Notes: generated by a model from the letters alone, not told the origin. A stretch of DNA of 64,000 nt from a virus (IMGVR_UViG_3300021387_000032:2463-66462); one strand, 5' to 3'. Counted from the first letter of the stretch, positions 20,755 to 30,578 are shown. A program made the numbers and translations.

Positions 20755-21711
20755 TTAACCTCTTCTAATTCTTGAAGAAACGTTCTTTACTCTTGCTGAA
20801 GCATAATTTCTAAGAATTTCAGCATCCGATAATTCAGTATTTGGGTGCTCTTTCTTGTAATTGGATACTACTCTTCTTGCCGAAGCCGCGCTAATGCCAG
20901 CAGCACCAAGAGTTGCAATGCCCGCTGCTCGTTCGGCATTTCTTCTACGATTAGATTTCAAGTTAACAACGTTTCTCGTCCTTGAACTGCCAGGTCTATA
21001 ACTTGAGTATCTGTCTACTCCGGCGCCAGCTGTAGTGGTCAATGATGTTGTAGGTCCTGGTAAAGCTCCTACTGATCTACCGGACGGTAAAGCTCTTGTG
21101 CGTCCCGGTGAAGGAAGACCTGGCATTGGTAAAGAGCCGCCGCCAGAAGAAGGTAAACCCATAGCCGGCAATGCTTTTATGTTACGAGATATAATGTCTC
21201 GGTTTTTATAAGCACCGTAAGCAGCCGCGGCAGCCAAGGTTATGCCAGCTGCTTTTTTTACAGCCTGTTCGGTTTTTACTCTTCTTGTAGCTGCTTTGTC
21301 GGCTTCGTCTTTTGACATACCCTGGTCCATATACTTCTGACGGAGATTCTGATAATGCTTAGCGTAGCCAGAATTCATACTTTTCTTTTCGGCTTTCGCT
21401 ATGGCTTTATTTCGAGCTTGATTTGCCATTTCTCTATCAACATCTGCGGCATCTTTGGATTTTTCAGCCATTTTTTTAGCAGCTTTAGAAATCTTTTTCA
21501 TGCCTACTCGGTCGGCTGCTTTAGCCACTCGATTATGGAATCGCGCGTCTCTTTCATTAATTTTCGCATCTTTCGAATAGTAGCGATTACCAAAAGAACG
21601 GTCGCCATATCTTCTTTTTCCGGCTTCGGTCAAAGTTCCGTCCATATTCTGATAACGTCTAACGCCCCATTTCTGACCGAGAATTCCGTGGTGGGTTAAT
21701 ACATAGTCCAT
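20755..21711 (-). CDS. Basic protein with LTHHGILGQKWGVRRYQ leader (DUF7211-like), putative internal virion protein
   Basis: Leader motif; K/R/A-rich; located in the head module. Confidence 0.7.
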   Translation of the reverse strand: MDYVLTHHGILGQKWGVRRYQNMDGTLTEAGKRRYGDRSFGNRYYSKDAKINERDARFHNRVAKAADRVGMKKISKAAKKMAEKSKDAADVDREMANQARNKAIAKAEKKSMNSGYAKHYQNLRQKYMDQGMSKDEADKAATRRVKTEQAVKKAAGITLAAAAAYGAYKNRDIISRNIKALPAMGLPSSGGGSLPMPGLPSPGRTRALPSGRSVGALPGPTTSLTTTAGAGVDRYSSYRPGSSRTRNVVNLKSNRRRNAERAAGIATLGAAGISAASARRVVSNYKKEHPNTELSDAEILRNYASARVKNVSSRIRRG

Positions 21712-21876
21712 TTTTGTGTCCTTTCTGTTATAACTTTAATCGCATTTCCGTTAATCCGCTCCAAACATCATCGGGATCGCTTATCATTCGATCAGCTTTA
21801 AGAAACGAGTTTTTCATAAATATGTCGAGCGTTTGGCGAATCTGTAGGAACTACTTTTGTAATCCATTTTGAATTC

Positions 21877-22437
21877 CTACTTTCCAAGAAGTTTCTTAAC
21901 CGAAACAGCGGCTCCAAGTCCTGCGGCGGTAACAGCCAGAACGTCTCCAGACACGCTTAACGCTTCTTCAGCAAGCTGTCTGCCTCTTGAAACTTCGGGC
22001 GAATTAAAAACCTCGTTGTATCGCCGTTCAAGAACCTCTCTATTTATTTCGTCTTGTAGTTCTTTATTTGATTTCTTTGAGAGATCCAAACGTTCCACAT
22101 GGTTTTTGTCTCTTTTTCGCTGATTCTGTAGTACTTTTTGTCTAGCGGTATTCAAATTTGAAAATTCGTTTGTCACATTGCGGTATTCTCTAAGCCTTTT
22201 AGAAGAAACATCGTCGAAGTCTTTGTAAACGCTCTTTGCTTTCTTATGAGCGTTATCAGATGCGCCTTTCACTTTCTTTCCAGCTTTTTTAGCGCTATCT
22301 TTTATACGATCGCTCCGATCACTGCCCTTTCTACGACGGCGTTTCCCCTCTTCAGTCCAAGTCCCGTCCGGTAATTGATACCGACGACGACCTTTACGCT
22401 GACCGAGAATTCCGTGGTGGGTTAATATGTAATCCAT
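21877..22437 (-). CDS. Second basic protein with LTHHGILGQ leader
   Basis: Start at MDYILTHHG (RBS GAGG); 28 bp of leader DNA identical to the paralog. Confidence 0.7.
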   Translation of the reverse strand: MDYILTHHGILGQRKGRRRYQLPDGTWTEEGKRRRRKGSDRSDRIKDSAKKAGKKVKGASDNAHKKAKSVYKDFDDVSSKRLREYRNVTNEFSNLNTARQKVLQNQRKRDKNHVERLDLSKKSNKELQDEINREVLERRYNEVFNSPEVSRGRQLAEEALSVSGDVLAVTAAGLGAAVSVKKLLGK

Positions 22438-22450
22438 TTTGAATTCCTCG

Positions 22451-24199
22451 TTACGCAAACGCTTCTCGATTCTGTTTGTATGCCACATACGCATCCATGA
22501 GTGCTGCCACCGGGTCTATCTTCTGGTCTCCACGCTTTTTGTAAAGCTTTCTGTTTCCGTTTGTGTCTACCAGAACGACACAGTTCCCCATAGCAAACTG
22601 CATAATCTCTTCGTCGAAAAGTAAAAGCCGGTCCTCAGCCAGACTCTTTATTTCGCCCAGCGGAACCGACTCGGTTTTTGCGCCCTGTATAACTTTTACT
22701 ATTCCAAATGGTCCGTTCTCGGTCTCCCAACGCTCGATAAATCCTTTTGCGTTATACGGGTCGTATCCCACACAGACCACATTGTAATCTCGACTGAGTA
22801 TGTGTTTGTCGAGATCCTCATAAACTTCCATCATGTCAAGAACACTGCCATCAAGGACAATCAGACTTCCTTCTCGCATAAATTCGTCATACTTAATCCG
22901 TGTGGCAGCTGGTTGTTTAACCAGAGTCCTTGATGAAATGTAATTGATTGTTTTTACACCAAATGCTCCGTTCGGTAAAGGAAACATAAACGTGAAAGCG
23001 CAGAAGTCGTCGCCTCTTGACAAGTCGATACCAAGTGCACAGCTCATCCCCCAATAATCTGCCTTAGGATGAACCAAGGTTTCTTCATAAGTAAAGTAAT
23101 ATGTGAAACCTTCCATCGGTATGCCGAATCTTTTGGCAAGAGTATCGTTTCTTGTAGACGGAACTTTCTCTGCTCGTTCCACCTCAAGCTGGTATGTCTC
23201 GTATGTTACAGTCTTTCCGAGGTTAGGATTCGCCTTGATCCACATCGCAGGATCGCTAACTTCCTCAATGTCATCCAGACAGTACCACCAAATCGACACA
23301 TGCGGATTGATGTACTCTCCTTTAAGAATGTCATCCAACTCCATTTTGATTGTATCGCCAGAACCGTTACGAACTGTTCCCTCTGAACTTGTGGCGATGA
23401 TCAGATAGTCGTCAAGCTTAGATGCTCCCTGCTCAATAGCACCGACAACATCCTCTCTGACATCGCCTGAAAGCCATTCGTCGACTGTTGCTACCTTGCA
23501 CCGAAGTCCCTGAAGCTTGTCGATCGACATCGGACGAATCTCAAGAAGTGATCCGGTAAGAAAGTTCTCAACGCCCTTCTTAGTCGAAGCTAACTTCATC
23601 CGATTGGCTCGTGATCCGGTGGTGTTTTGCAACGATCCCTCTGTTAGAAACTTAAACAGTGGACCCCTGCTTCGTGTGATAGCTGTACGAATCGGAGACA
23701 TTACCTCTTCAGACTGCTTCATTGTCGGAGCGGTTGTGATCTGATGGGTAGTACTTACATCGATGTTTAAAAAGTAATTTTGTATTGTCGATGAGTACAT
23801 TGACTTCGCAGCGCCTCTTCCAACAATAAGATATTGCTTGTTAATCAGACGCTTACGAACGGATTTCTTCACAAATCGTCCGCCGTGATTGTCTTTATCC
23901 GGTTCAAATACGCTCCGCTCAATAAAGTAGTACCAGCCGAATACCTGTTCCGCCCATAACTTAAAAGAGTCCAGAAGATGCAGATCACTACCATCTGTCA
24001 GAGTAAGCTCGCTTTCACAATACTTGATGTATCCTTCGACAGCTTCTCTGTCATACCAGACTCCCGGGTTTGCTATGAGCTCATCTATACGGTGCATTTC
24101 CATCGCGACTTTTCTGTTTACGGTGATCTCGCCTCGTAAAACCTGATCTCTGAATTCGCCATAATACCTCGGGGTTGCTGTATTTGATAGTAGTGACAT
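22451..24199 (-). CDS. terL: Terminase large subunit
   Basis: Walker A VGRGAAKS, Walker B ATVDE, nuclease GIDLS, YDPYN, KIDPVAA. Confidence 0.93.
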   Translation of the reverse strand: MSLLSNTATPRYYGEFRDQVLRGEITVNRKVAMEMHRIDELIANPGVWYDREAVEGYIKYCESELTLTDGSDLHLLDSFKLWAEQVFGWYYFIERSVFEPDKDNHGGRFVKKSVRKRLINKQYLIVGRGAAKSMYSSTIQNYFLNIDVSTTHQITTAPTMKQSEEVMSPIRTAITRSRGPLFKFLTEGSLQNTTGSRANRMKLASTKKGVENFLTGSLLEIRPMSIDKLQGLRCKVATVDEWLSGDVREDVVGAIEQGASKLDDYLIIATSSEGTVRNGSGDTIKMELDDILKGEYINPHVSIWWYCLDDIEEVSDPAMWIKANPNLGKTVTYETYQLEVERAEKVPSTRNDTLAKRFGIPMEGFTYYFTYEETLVHPKADYWGMSCALGIDLSRGDDFCAFTFMFPLPNGAFGVKTINYISSRTLVKQPAATRIKYDEFMREGSLIVLDGSVLDMMEVYEDLDKHILSRDYNVVCVGYDPYNAKGFIERWETENGPFGIVKVIQGAKTESVPLGEIKSLAEDRLLLFDEEIMQFAMGNCVVLVDTNGNRKLYKKRGDQKIDPVAALMDAYVAYKQNREAFA

Positions 24200-24219
24200 G
24201 TTGATTACTCCTTTACTTC

Positions 24220-24630
24220 TTAACCATCATCTTCTTCACCTTCATCCGCTGCGCCGGCCTCCGCGTCCATAGCAGCACGTTCTTCATCGCTTATGTAATG
24301 ATCCACATCGACGTTCATACGCCATTCAATCTCCGAGATGACAGCCTTGTTGGACTCAAGCACCGAAGAGTTAAGAGGCGGATCAAACAGCAACTTGACT
24401 CTCTTCGAGATATAGGTCTTGACGTAATCCAGTCGATCGTCCTCTGGATCTATCAGATCATCCCACATCTCGTCAGCTCCGGTGATCCGAAATCCGTCCT
24501 GAGGACCAACACCAAGTTGCCTGACAACCGACAGAACCGAGTTAATGTTCATGATCAGCTCTTCATCAAAGTGTGTATAATCCGCCGCAATCCCGAGATC
24601 CTTCTTGACCGATTCTAATATGCTATCCAT
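24220..24630 (-). CDS. Head-tail connector (gp6/gp15-like)
   Basis: SILESVKK.LGI...FDEEL; FDPP motif. Confidence 0.7.
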   Translation of the reverse strand: MDSILESVKKDLGIAADYTHFDEELIMNINSVLSVVRQLGVGPQDGFRITGADEMWDDLIDPEDDRLDYVKTYISKRVKLLFDPPLNSSVLESNKAVISEIEWRMNVDVDHYISDEERAAMDAEAGAADEGEEDDG

Positions 24631-24919
24631 TTCTCGAACCTTCTATCTTCCGTTTTGTATCGTCAATGATAGAAATGTAGTTCGACATACAATAGCCGTC
24701 TACTATTTCATCGTTAAGCGGTCTTGTTCTCTTTAACTCCATTTTGATTTTGTAAAACTTGTTTCCGATAGTGCTTGGATCTATACTAACTTTTGTATCT
24801 TTTGGGATTACATTAACGATCTCAGAATTCGAATTAGCTCTGGCCCTTACATTAAGTAACTCACATCCCGTTACTATTCCAAAAACTTCTTTTTCTGTTT
24901 TCTTACTCGTTATCGCCAT
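24623..24919 (-). CDS. SH3b-like domain protein
   Basis: LNVR..AN.NSEIV..I...GYCMSNYI. Confidence 0.6.
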   Translation of the reverse strand: MAITSKKTEKEVFGIVTGCELLNVRARANSNSEIVNVIPKDTKVSIDPSTIGNKFYKIKMELKRTRPLNDEIVDGYCMSNYISIIDDTKRKIEGSRNG

Positions 24920-24930
24920 AATCAACCTCC

Positions 24931-25347
24931 TTACTTTTTCCATGGACACGTATCATTCTTCTTCCGCTCGACAACAGGATCAACAATCAACTCGCCGTAA
25001 TGAATTGCATTGTGTGTTGTTTTCGAAGTGCAGATCAGATACTCCGGGTCCATTAGAAACTCGGAGGAATGAACAATGTCATTAACAACTATCGGATTCA
25101 TATGATGGATCACAATCTGTTCGAAGATCTCGTAACCTTCCAGCGCCAGATCACAACCCATGTCTCTGTCAATTATCTTATGTCGAAGCTGACGCCATTC
25201 TGTAGACGAATAGAATTTCTGATTCAGATGTCTTTCAAATCCGAACGTCTCCTGACCGACTGATCCTTTGATTGCCAGATAGTCGAATCGCTCTTTAAAG
25301 GTCTTAAGCTTGCATAACTCAGAATATGTTCTAATCTTCGTATTCAT
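24931..25347 (-). CDS. HNH endonuclease (packaging-associated)
   Basis: W..LR..IIDRD.GC...IHHMN...HNAIH. Confidence 0.85.
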   Translation of the reverse strand: MNTKIRTYSELCKLKTFKERFDYLAIKGSVGQETFGFERHLNQKFYSSTEWRQLRHKIIDRDMGCDLALEGYEIFEQIVIHHMNPIVVNDIVHSSEFLMDPEYLICTSKTTHNAIHYGELIVDPVVERKKNDTCPWKK

Positions 25348-25678
25348 CTTCGTCACTATCATCTTGCCCGCTGTAAGTGCGTAATGCTTTGATCGCCTTG
25401 GAATATAGCTCTTCTATACGCTCGGTAGACTTAAGAGCGCTTGTTTTAGCCTTGAGTAATTCGTTCTCATGCTTTAACTTTTCACGTTCAAGATTTGAGA
25501 AGGTCGTCCCAAGCTTCAGGTAGTGGGTAATCACCTGCGATGAGGCAGTACCCTCTCTGAGTTGTTTCTCAGCCAGGTCAACGGCTAACGATATGAGTTG
25601 GTTCTCTCGTGACTCTGGTGTAGAAGCTGGGCGACTCTTCGTCATGTCTTCTTCAGCAATTTTCTTGTGTCTTCCCAT
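25331..25678 (-). CDS. Conserved protein, probable terminase small subunit
   Basis: First gene of the packaging operon; helical/coiled coil. Confidence 0.5.
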   Translation of the reverse strand: MGRHKKIAEEDMTKSRPASTPESRENQLISLAVDLAEKQLREGTASSQVITHYLKLGTTFSNLEREKLKHENELLKAKTSALKSTERIEELYSKAIKALRTYSGQDDSDEDEYED

Positions 25679-25709
25679 ACTTCGAACCTTCTTTCGCTAA
25701 CAATGAATA

Positions 25710-25940
25710 TAGTTTCACCAGGCTTTCCATAACTTTTAACCCACTTAGTAAACGTCCACGATCCGAGCTATCTACGACGAAAGGAGTAAAAACAATCGTA
25801 AACAACCTGGTGAACTAATAAACAGTTAACAAACCATCTGATTTATACGGAGGTATTCGCAAATCATTTGAACAAGAAAAAAGAATCATGTAACTATTAT
25901 TTGTAAGGATTTAACGGGACCGTGGGCGTTTGCTAAGTGG
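25710..25940. ncRNA. Putative structured RNA / leader element
   Basis: Stem 25741-25764 / 25917-25940 (~21 of 24 Watson-Crick pairs); second stem 25710-25722 / 25806-25817. Confidence 0.45.
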
Positions 25941-25959
25941 CCGCAGAAATCGACTCTGC

Positions 25960-26040
25960 GAAATATAACCGCCGGAGAAAATATAAAGATCGGCGCGATG
26001 TAGAGGGGGGTGTCATTTTTTAGGGACCCCTACGGGTCTG
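25960..26040. other. Candidate cos/pac (genome end) region
   Basis: GC-rich island with G6 and C4 runs in AT-rich non-coding DNA, upstream of the terS-like, HNH and terL genes. Confidence 0.4.
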
Positions 26041-26148
26041 ATAGGATGTTACTGTGGTGTTCTCTTTGAAATTACATAGATTTTTTAGAAATACATATAA
26101 TATTTAGAAGAAAAGTATTAAGATTAAAAATATTAGAAATAATAATAG

Positions 26149-26400
26149 TTAATTATGTTCACGAACTTTCTTATAAATATTCATGAAATCGTACTTAATG
26201 ATTTCGTCGATTGCGTTTTCTATTTCTTTATTGTTTTCTTCGTCTGTCAATTGATCGCTTGTCTTTGCGATACGAGCTAAGTAAGCGCAAGAATTGTAAC
26301 CTTTCTCAATGTCGTACAAGAACCATGAATCGAACTGTGTAAATGGATCATAAGGATTGTCGAATGTAGTAATGGCACATCTTGAAGTCATTTGATTCAC
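26149..26400 (-). CDS. Conserved hypothetical phage protein
   Basis: TTFDNPYDPFTQFDSW motif; RBS GAGGTG. Confidence 0.7.
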   Translation of the reverse strand: MNQMTSRCAITTFDNPYDPFTQFDSWFLYDIEKGYNSCAYLARIAKTSDQLTDEENNKEIENAIDEIIKYDFMNIYKKVREHN

Positions 26401-26639
26401 CTCATTAAACTTATGTATGACTTAGTGGCAAACGAACAGTAATTAGTTAAACAAGTTGGAGTGTTAATAACAGGAAGTAAGATTGTATAGATAGAACAGT
26501 AATATTTATAGTTAGTTGTTATAGCAACAATTGTTCAATACAACTAATTAGATCTAACACTATTTAGATAGGATTAAGGGCTAATGTTAGTAATTAGATA
26601 CGTAAATAGCGCACTAACCATAACAATAGCCCTTGAGAT

Positions 26640-26750
26640 GCCTCTGAGACGCGCTGAGAGCCCGTATAAGAGGATTTTAGGAGTGATAGGATAGATTATT
26701 CGATAAGCGTGGTGCGTCGCTTAAATCGCAAATGAGAAGTTCGCTTAGAA
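26640..26750. repeat. Intergenic palindromic element, copy 1 of 3
   Basis: Similar to 31734-31841 and 54270-54370. Confidence 0.6.
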
Positions 26751-26860
26751 TTAGCGACTGGATTGTTAAAAGACCCATTAAACATAGGGGTATGCATGTA
26801 TATAGGATAGCATACATACTTAATAGTCTATGGATTCTAAAAATTCTTTAGATAAGGGGG

Positions 26861-29629
26861 TTACAAATACTTATTGACCGTGGAGGTAGACAGTCCTACA
26901 GCTTCTGCTATGGCATCGGTGGTATACCCTGAGTTCTTCATAGCCTGGATCTTATTGATCTGAGCCTGGGATACCTCCTTACGAGTCCTTGGCATGGCCC
27001 TGTCTTTTAACTTGTCCTGGTTGGTCTTTAAGAAGATCTGGTCCTGTTTAGTGGAAGTTACAGCCCCCGCCTGTATAGCCTCCCATTCTCTATCCGTAAT
27101 CTCTATCTCATTTCTATGAGCATGTACCTGAGCACGGGCGCTTACAAGAGCCTGCTGTCCGACCTTTCTTTTATCCTCTTTATTCATGTCAGGATTTTCC
27201 TGAATCTTAGCTTTAAGAACTTTATTAGCAATAATCTGAGCCTGCCTTTCTCTTGGAGCATTCATCAGACTTGCTTTGAGTTTTCTATCTAAAGAGGCAA
27301 CTTCTGCTTTGTAAGTTTGAGCAGCAGCCTTATTAACCTTAGGCATAGACATATTAATCGCTTCTTTACGAGCTTCATTTGCCATGGCCTTAAGGTTGTT
27401 TGCATAAGAACCATAGATTGCTTCGACTCTTGTGCCAGATGATAACTTCATAGCATCATCGGTTTCAGCCATCTGCGTAGACTGCTGAGTACGAGTCTTC
27501 TCTCTACCCTTCTTATCTTTGTAAGTCTCAGTGTCTGTTTTGTAATAAACTTTACCGGTCTCCTTATCGATCTTCGGAGAACCAACTCTCTTAGGAACAG
27601 AGATCTGTCCTTTAGATCTTGAGATAAGAGTACTTGCTCCGGTTTTGTATTTACCGGTTTCAGGATCAGTATGTCCCTGGTACTTCTTTCTTAATTCTTC
27701 GATACCGTTATCCTTCTCACTTTGTTTGTAATCAAGCTTGTGTTTCTCAGCATCAATTACAACCATCGAGTGCCTTACAGCTCTTGCGAGTTCTGAGTCC
27801 TTAGCACCTTTCAAAGTCATATCTGTAATCAGATTAGAAATGACCCCCATCTGTTTCTGAGTATCTTTCATAGGCTTGAATGTGCCTTCCGGTTTACCAC
27901 CATACTCGGCTTTTGGATCAAACCCCTCAAGTCCCTTAAGCGGAGGAGTTGAAGTAATCTTCACTCTGCTCTTAGCACTGTTACAAGGAATAACCATTAC
28001 TGTATCGCCATCGAAATCTGCTCCAGACAGACGGTCAGCTACCTTCTTGTTGATACCAACAGCATCTTTCGGGTTCTTGCCCATAACTTTCTGACCTTCC
28101 GCATTCTTGTTATTAACTTTAAGAATCGGAATCTCGAAAGTACCTCCATGCGGATACCGAACAAGAGCCACTGTTTCACCAGTTTTGAAATTCGGTGCAT
28201 AGACTTCGGTGTCTTTAATTGATGTCAGAGGTAGAATGACTTGGTATTTCTGTCTTGGTAAAGCAGCAGCTCTTAAATGTACGGCAGACGCATCACAATC
28301 GCCTGCAAAACTCATAAGCATTGACTTCTTGAGAACCGGATTTGTGATTGCGTGAATGTCATCCAGTTCAGCTTTTCTGTCAGCAAGGGTTAAACCTAAC
28401 TGACGCTTTATCAATGTCTCATTCTGCTTGGACAGGAACTGAGAAGGAACTTTATCAACCCATTTAGACCAGCCACCTTCGTCTTCTCTTTTGTTTATCA
28501 ACGAAAGTTGCTTCTTACCATTCTTGTCGTAATAGTATGACTGTCCGCCCTTCTTATCACTTTCAAAATCAGGATCATTAATACCTGGCATGATAGCTGA
28601 TCCAAAAGGATTATCCGGGTCATTTTTGATTGGTTTAAGAACAGTATTATTCTTTGGACCAAGTGCCGGAGTTCCAGCTTTCTTGTTTGTGTTGAAACGA
28701 ACATCAATGCCGTCAGGAAGATCGTCAGCATAAACAGCCATTCCCTTAAGATAATGAGTTCCATCAACAAGAATTCGAACCTGGGCATAATGAGATCCGC
28801 CTAAATCAAGATCTTTAACGCCTCGTCTGAGTTCGATAACACCGTCCTTAAGACTTCCGCCACCGCCGTTGCCATCATCATAGTTAATCATGAGGCGCTT
28901 TGAGTCCATACTCTTTGGATAGACCCATTTAGGATCATAAGTCATGCCACCATCATGAGAAACCCAATCTTCGTTAACGGCTTTGATGTTGTCCCGGTTC
29001 GCATAAACGTCTTTGTACTCGGTTCCCGGGGGTGCAAGTACTGTGACGCGTGAGTTTTGTCTTGGATTGTTGATTTGTGGAACATCAATACCGTAAACTG
29101 TATATCCATCAAGTTCGAGCCGGGCTATAGCATTATCAAGCATCTCTCTTGAGATTCCCATCTGAATCTCGACACCCTTACCAACATCAACCATACCTCT
29201 GTCGTCTACGACTTTCTGAAGCATATCGGCAGTATTCTTTGCAATGTTGCTCTTGCTGTTTTCCCGATCTTTGAGAAGATTTCGAATTGATGATTCGTTT
29301 GGATAACCCATTATTTCGGCAATCTCAGAAAGACTCTTACCGTCTTCTCTTAACGATCTTGCTCTATCGGCATTAAGCGCACGACGTTCTTCTTTCGCAA
29401 TAGACAGGTATCTTCTGAATTCTCCCGAACTCACACCCATCTCTTCACGAATCTGTGGATCAGTCTTACCTTCTTTACGAAGCTGCTCAACTCTGCTGAG
29501 CCAGTCACCACTACGCTGATATGGATTTTCGCCTGAACCCCAAGGATAGCGCCCGGATCTTCTTTTAACTCCATAATGCATTAACACGTCTTTAAAGATC
29601 GACGGCATCTCATCGAAGTTCACCATCAC
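26861..29629 (-). CDS. Single-chain two-barrel (DPBB) RNA polymerase with HTH domains
   Basis: VRYPH...LSGADFDGD catalytic motif; downstream GVISN...VIDAEK segment resembling QDE-1/YonO-type enzymes; two N-terminal HTH-like segments and one C-terminal. Confidence 0.8.
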   Translation of the reverse strand: MMVNFDEMPSIFKDVLMHYGVKRRSGRYPWGSGENPYQRSGDWLSRVEQLRKEGKTDPQIREEMGVSSGEFRRYLSIAKEERRALNADRARSLREDGKSLSEIAEIMGYPNESSIRNLLKDRENSKSNIAKNTADMLQKVVDDRGMVDVGKGVEIQMGISREMLDNAIARLELDGYTVYGIDVPQINNPRQNSRVTVLAPPGTEYKDVYANRDNIKAVNEDWVSHDGGMTYDPKWVYPKSMDSKRLMINYDDGNGGGGSLKDGVIELRRGVKDLDLGGSHYAQVRILVDGTHYLKGMAVYADDLPDGIDVRFNTNKKAGTPALGPKNNTVLKPIKNDPDNPFGSAIMPGINDPDFESDKKGGQSYYYDKNGKKQLSLINKREDEGGWSKWVDKVPSQFLSKQNETLIKRQLGLTLADRKAELDDIHAITNPVLKKSMLMSFAGDCDASAVHLRAAALPRQKYQVILPLTSIKDTEVYAPNFKTGETVALVRYPHGGTFEIPILKVNNKNAEGQKVMGKNPKDAVGINKKVADRLSGADFDGDTVMVIPCNSAKSRVKITSTPPLKGLEGFDPKAEYGGKPEGTFKPMKDTQKQMGVISNLITDMTLKGAKDSELARAVRHSMVVIDAEKHKLDYKQSEKDNGIEELRKKYQGHTDPETGKYKTGASTLISRSKGQISVPKRVGSPKIDKETGKVYYKTDTETYKDKKGREKTRTQQSTQMAETDDAMKLSSGTRVEAIYGSYANNLKAMANEARKEAINMSMPKVNKAAAQTYKAEVASLDRKLKASLMNAPRERQAQIIANKVLKAKIQENPDMNKEDKRKVGQQALVSARAQVHAHRNEIEITDREWEAIQAGAVTSTKQDQIFLKTNQDKLKDRAMPRTRKEVSQAQINKIQAMKNSGYTTDAIAEAVGLSTSTVNKYL

Positions 29630-30186
29630 ATATCCTCCTCGTATTTAATTTTGTTTATAGCTTTATCAAAGACTATGATCTTCTGCATAATTGAGTCGAT
29701 CATGTCGGTTTCAGGATTGAGAACAAGCACGTCATCGTTCTGATAGATACGTAACTCAATATCAATCTTCGATGGATGCATATCATATTCCAAACAAAAA
29801 AGAGCAGCGTATACTTCAAGCTGCTCCATGTGTGCCGGTGTCTCTCCTGTTTTCAGATCATGAATTCTAAGGAGATTCTTCCGAAATGATATTGCATCTG
29901 TCGTTCCGAAACAATTGTCTGAATAATACAAAATCTGTTCCGGCATCATCCGATATCCAATAGCGTCATTGACATACTGGTTAAGAGTCTTCTTCGATTT
30001 AGGAAGCTTCTGACCAAGTGTTATACACTGTGCCGCAAACGCATGAAGGATGACACCTTTCTTTGTTGCCTGAAACTTGTTGTAAGCATGAATCAGTTTA
30101 TCATCGTCATAATTAATCCAATGATACTTGCTCGCCCCAAGGAAGGCATGTTTATCCCTAAGATTCGAATGCTTGTTGAAGTTCAT
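29626..30186 (-). CDS. PD-(D/E)XK Cas4-like exonuclease
   Basis: G..LH, EQ.L, GTTDAI, IHDLKTG, QLEVYA. Confidence 0.75.
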   Translation of the reverse strand: MNFNKHSNLRDKHAFLGASKYHWINYDDDKLIHAYNKFQATKKGVILHAFAAQCITLGQKLPKSKKTLNQYVNDAIGYRMMPEQILYYSDNCFGTTDAISFRKNLLRIHDLKTGETPAHMEQLEVYAALFCLEYDMHPSKIDIELRIYQNDDVLVLNPETDMIDSIMQKIIVFDKAINKIKYEEDM

Positions 30187-30451
30187 CCAATACCTCCTCT
30201 TTGTTCTCGGGCGATATCAATCTTGAGAAAGACATCCGATCCATTTTCTCGATGTAGTAAAGCTGGTTCGGACGCTTTGATGATTTTAAAGTTCTTTTGC
30301 ATTCAAGCGTTGCCCAGTGAGGCCCGTACAATATCAATAGATCCGGGATACCTTGCATGTAACTCGAATCTAACTTCATAACCATACAGCCTGGGAACAT
30401 GCTTTTTAACTCTTTAATCAAAGCCGATTGAAACTCGCTCTCAAGTTTCAT
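30158..30451 (-). CDS. VRR-NUC-like nuclease / Holliday junction resolvase
   Basis: ESEFQ...GIPDL...LECK...RPNQ. Confidence 0.75.
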   Translation of the reverse strand: MKLESEFQSALIKELKSMFPGCMVMKLDSSYMQGIPDLLILYGPHWATLECKRTLKSSKRPNQLYYIEKMDRMSFSRLISPENKEEVLDELQQAFES

Positions 30452-30526
30452 GATTGTTCTCCTTTCAAAAAAGCAAAAAGAGAAACAGCAAAAAAACCTA
30501 ATTTTAGAGTTTCTCACCGTTTCTCT

Positions 30527-30552
30527 CATAAAAGAGACTGTAAATTTTGCGA
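30527..30552 (-). promoter_or_regulatory. Conserved phage promoter-like motif upstream of the nuclease-exonuclease-RNAP operon
   Basis: TCGCAAAATTTACAGTCTCTTTTATG matches the 18 cassette motifs. Confidence 0.75.
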
Positions 30553-30578
30553 ATTAAAAAATAGAGATGGAAGCAATA

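Noticed and set aside
21726-21867. Third MDY-starting gene between the HHG proteins
   Set aside because: The frame closes after 17 codons and lacks the HHG motif; at most a remnant.
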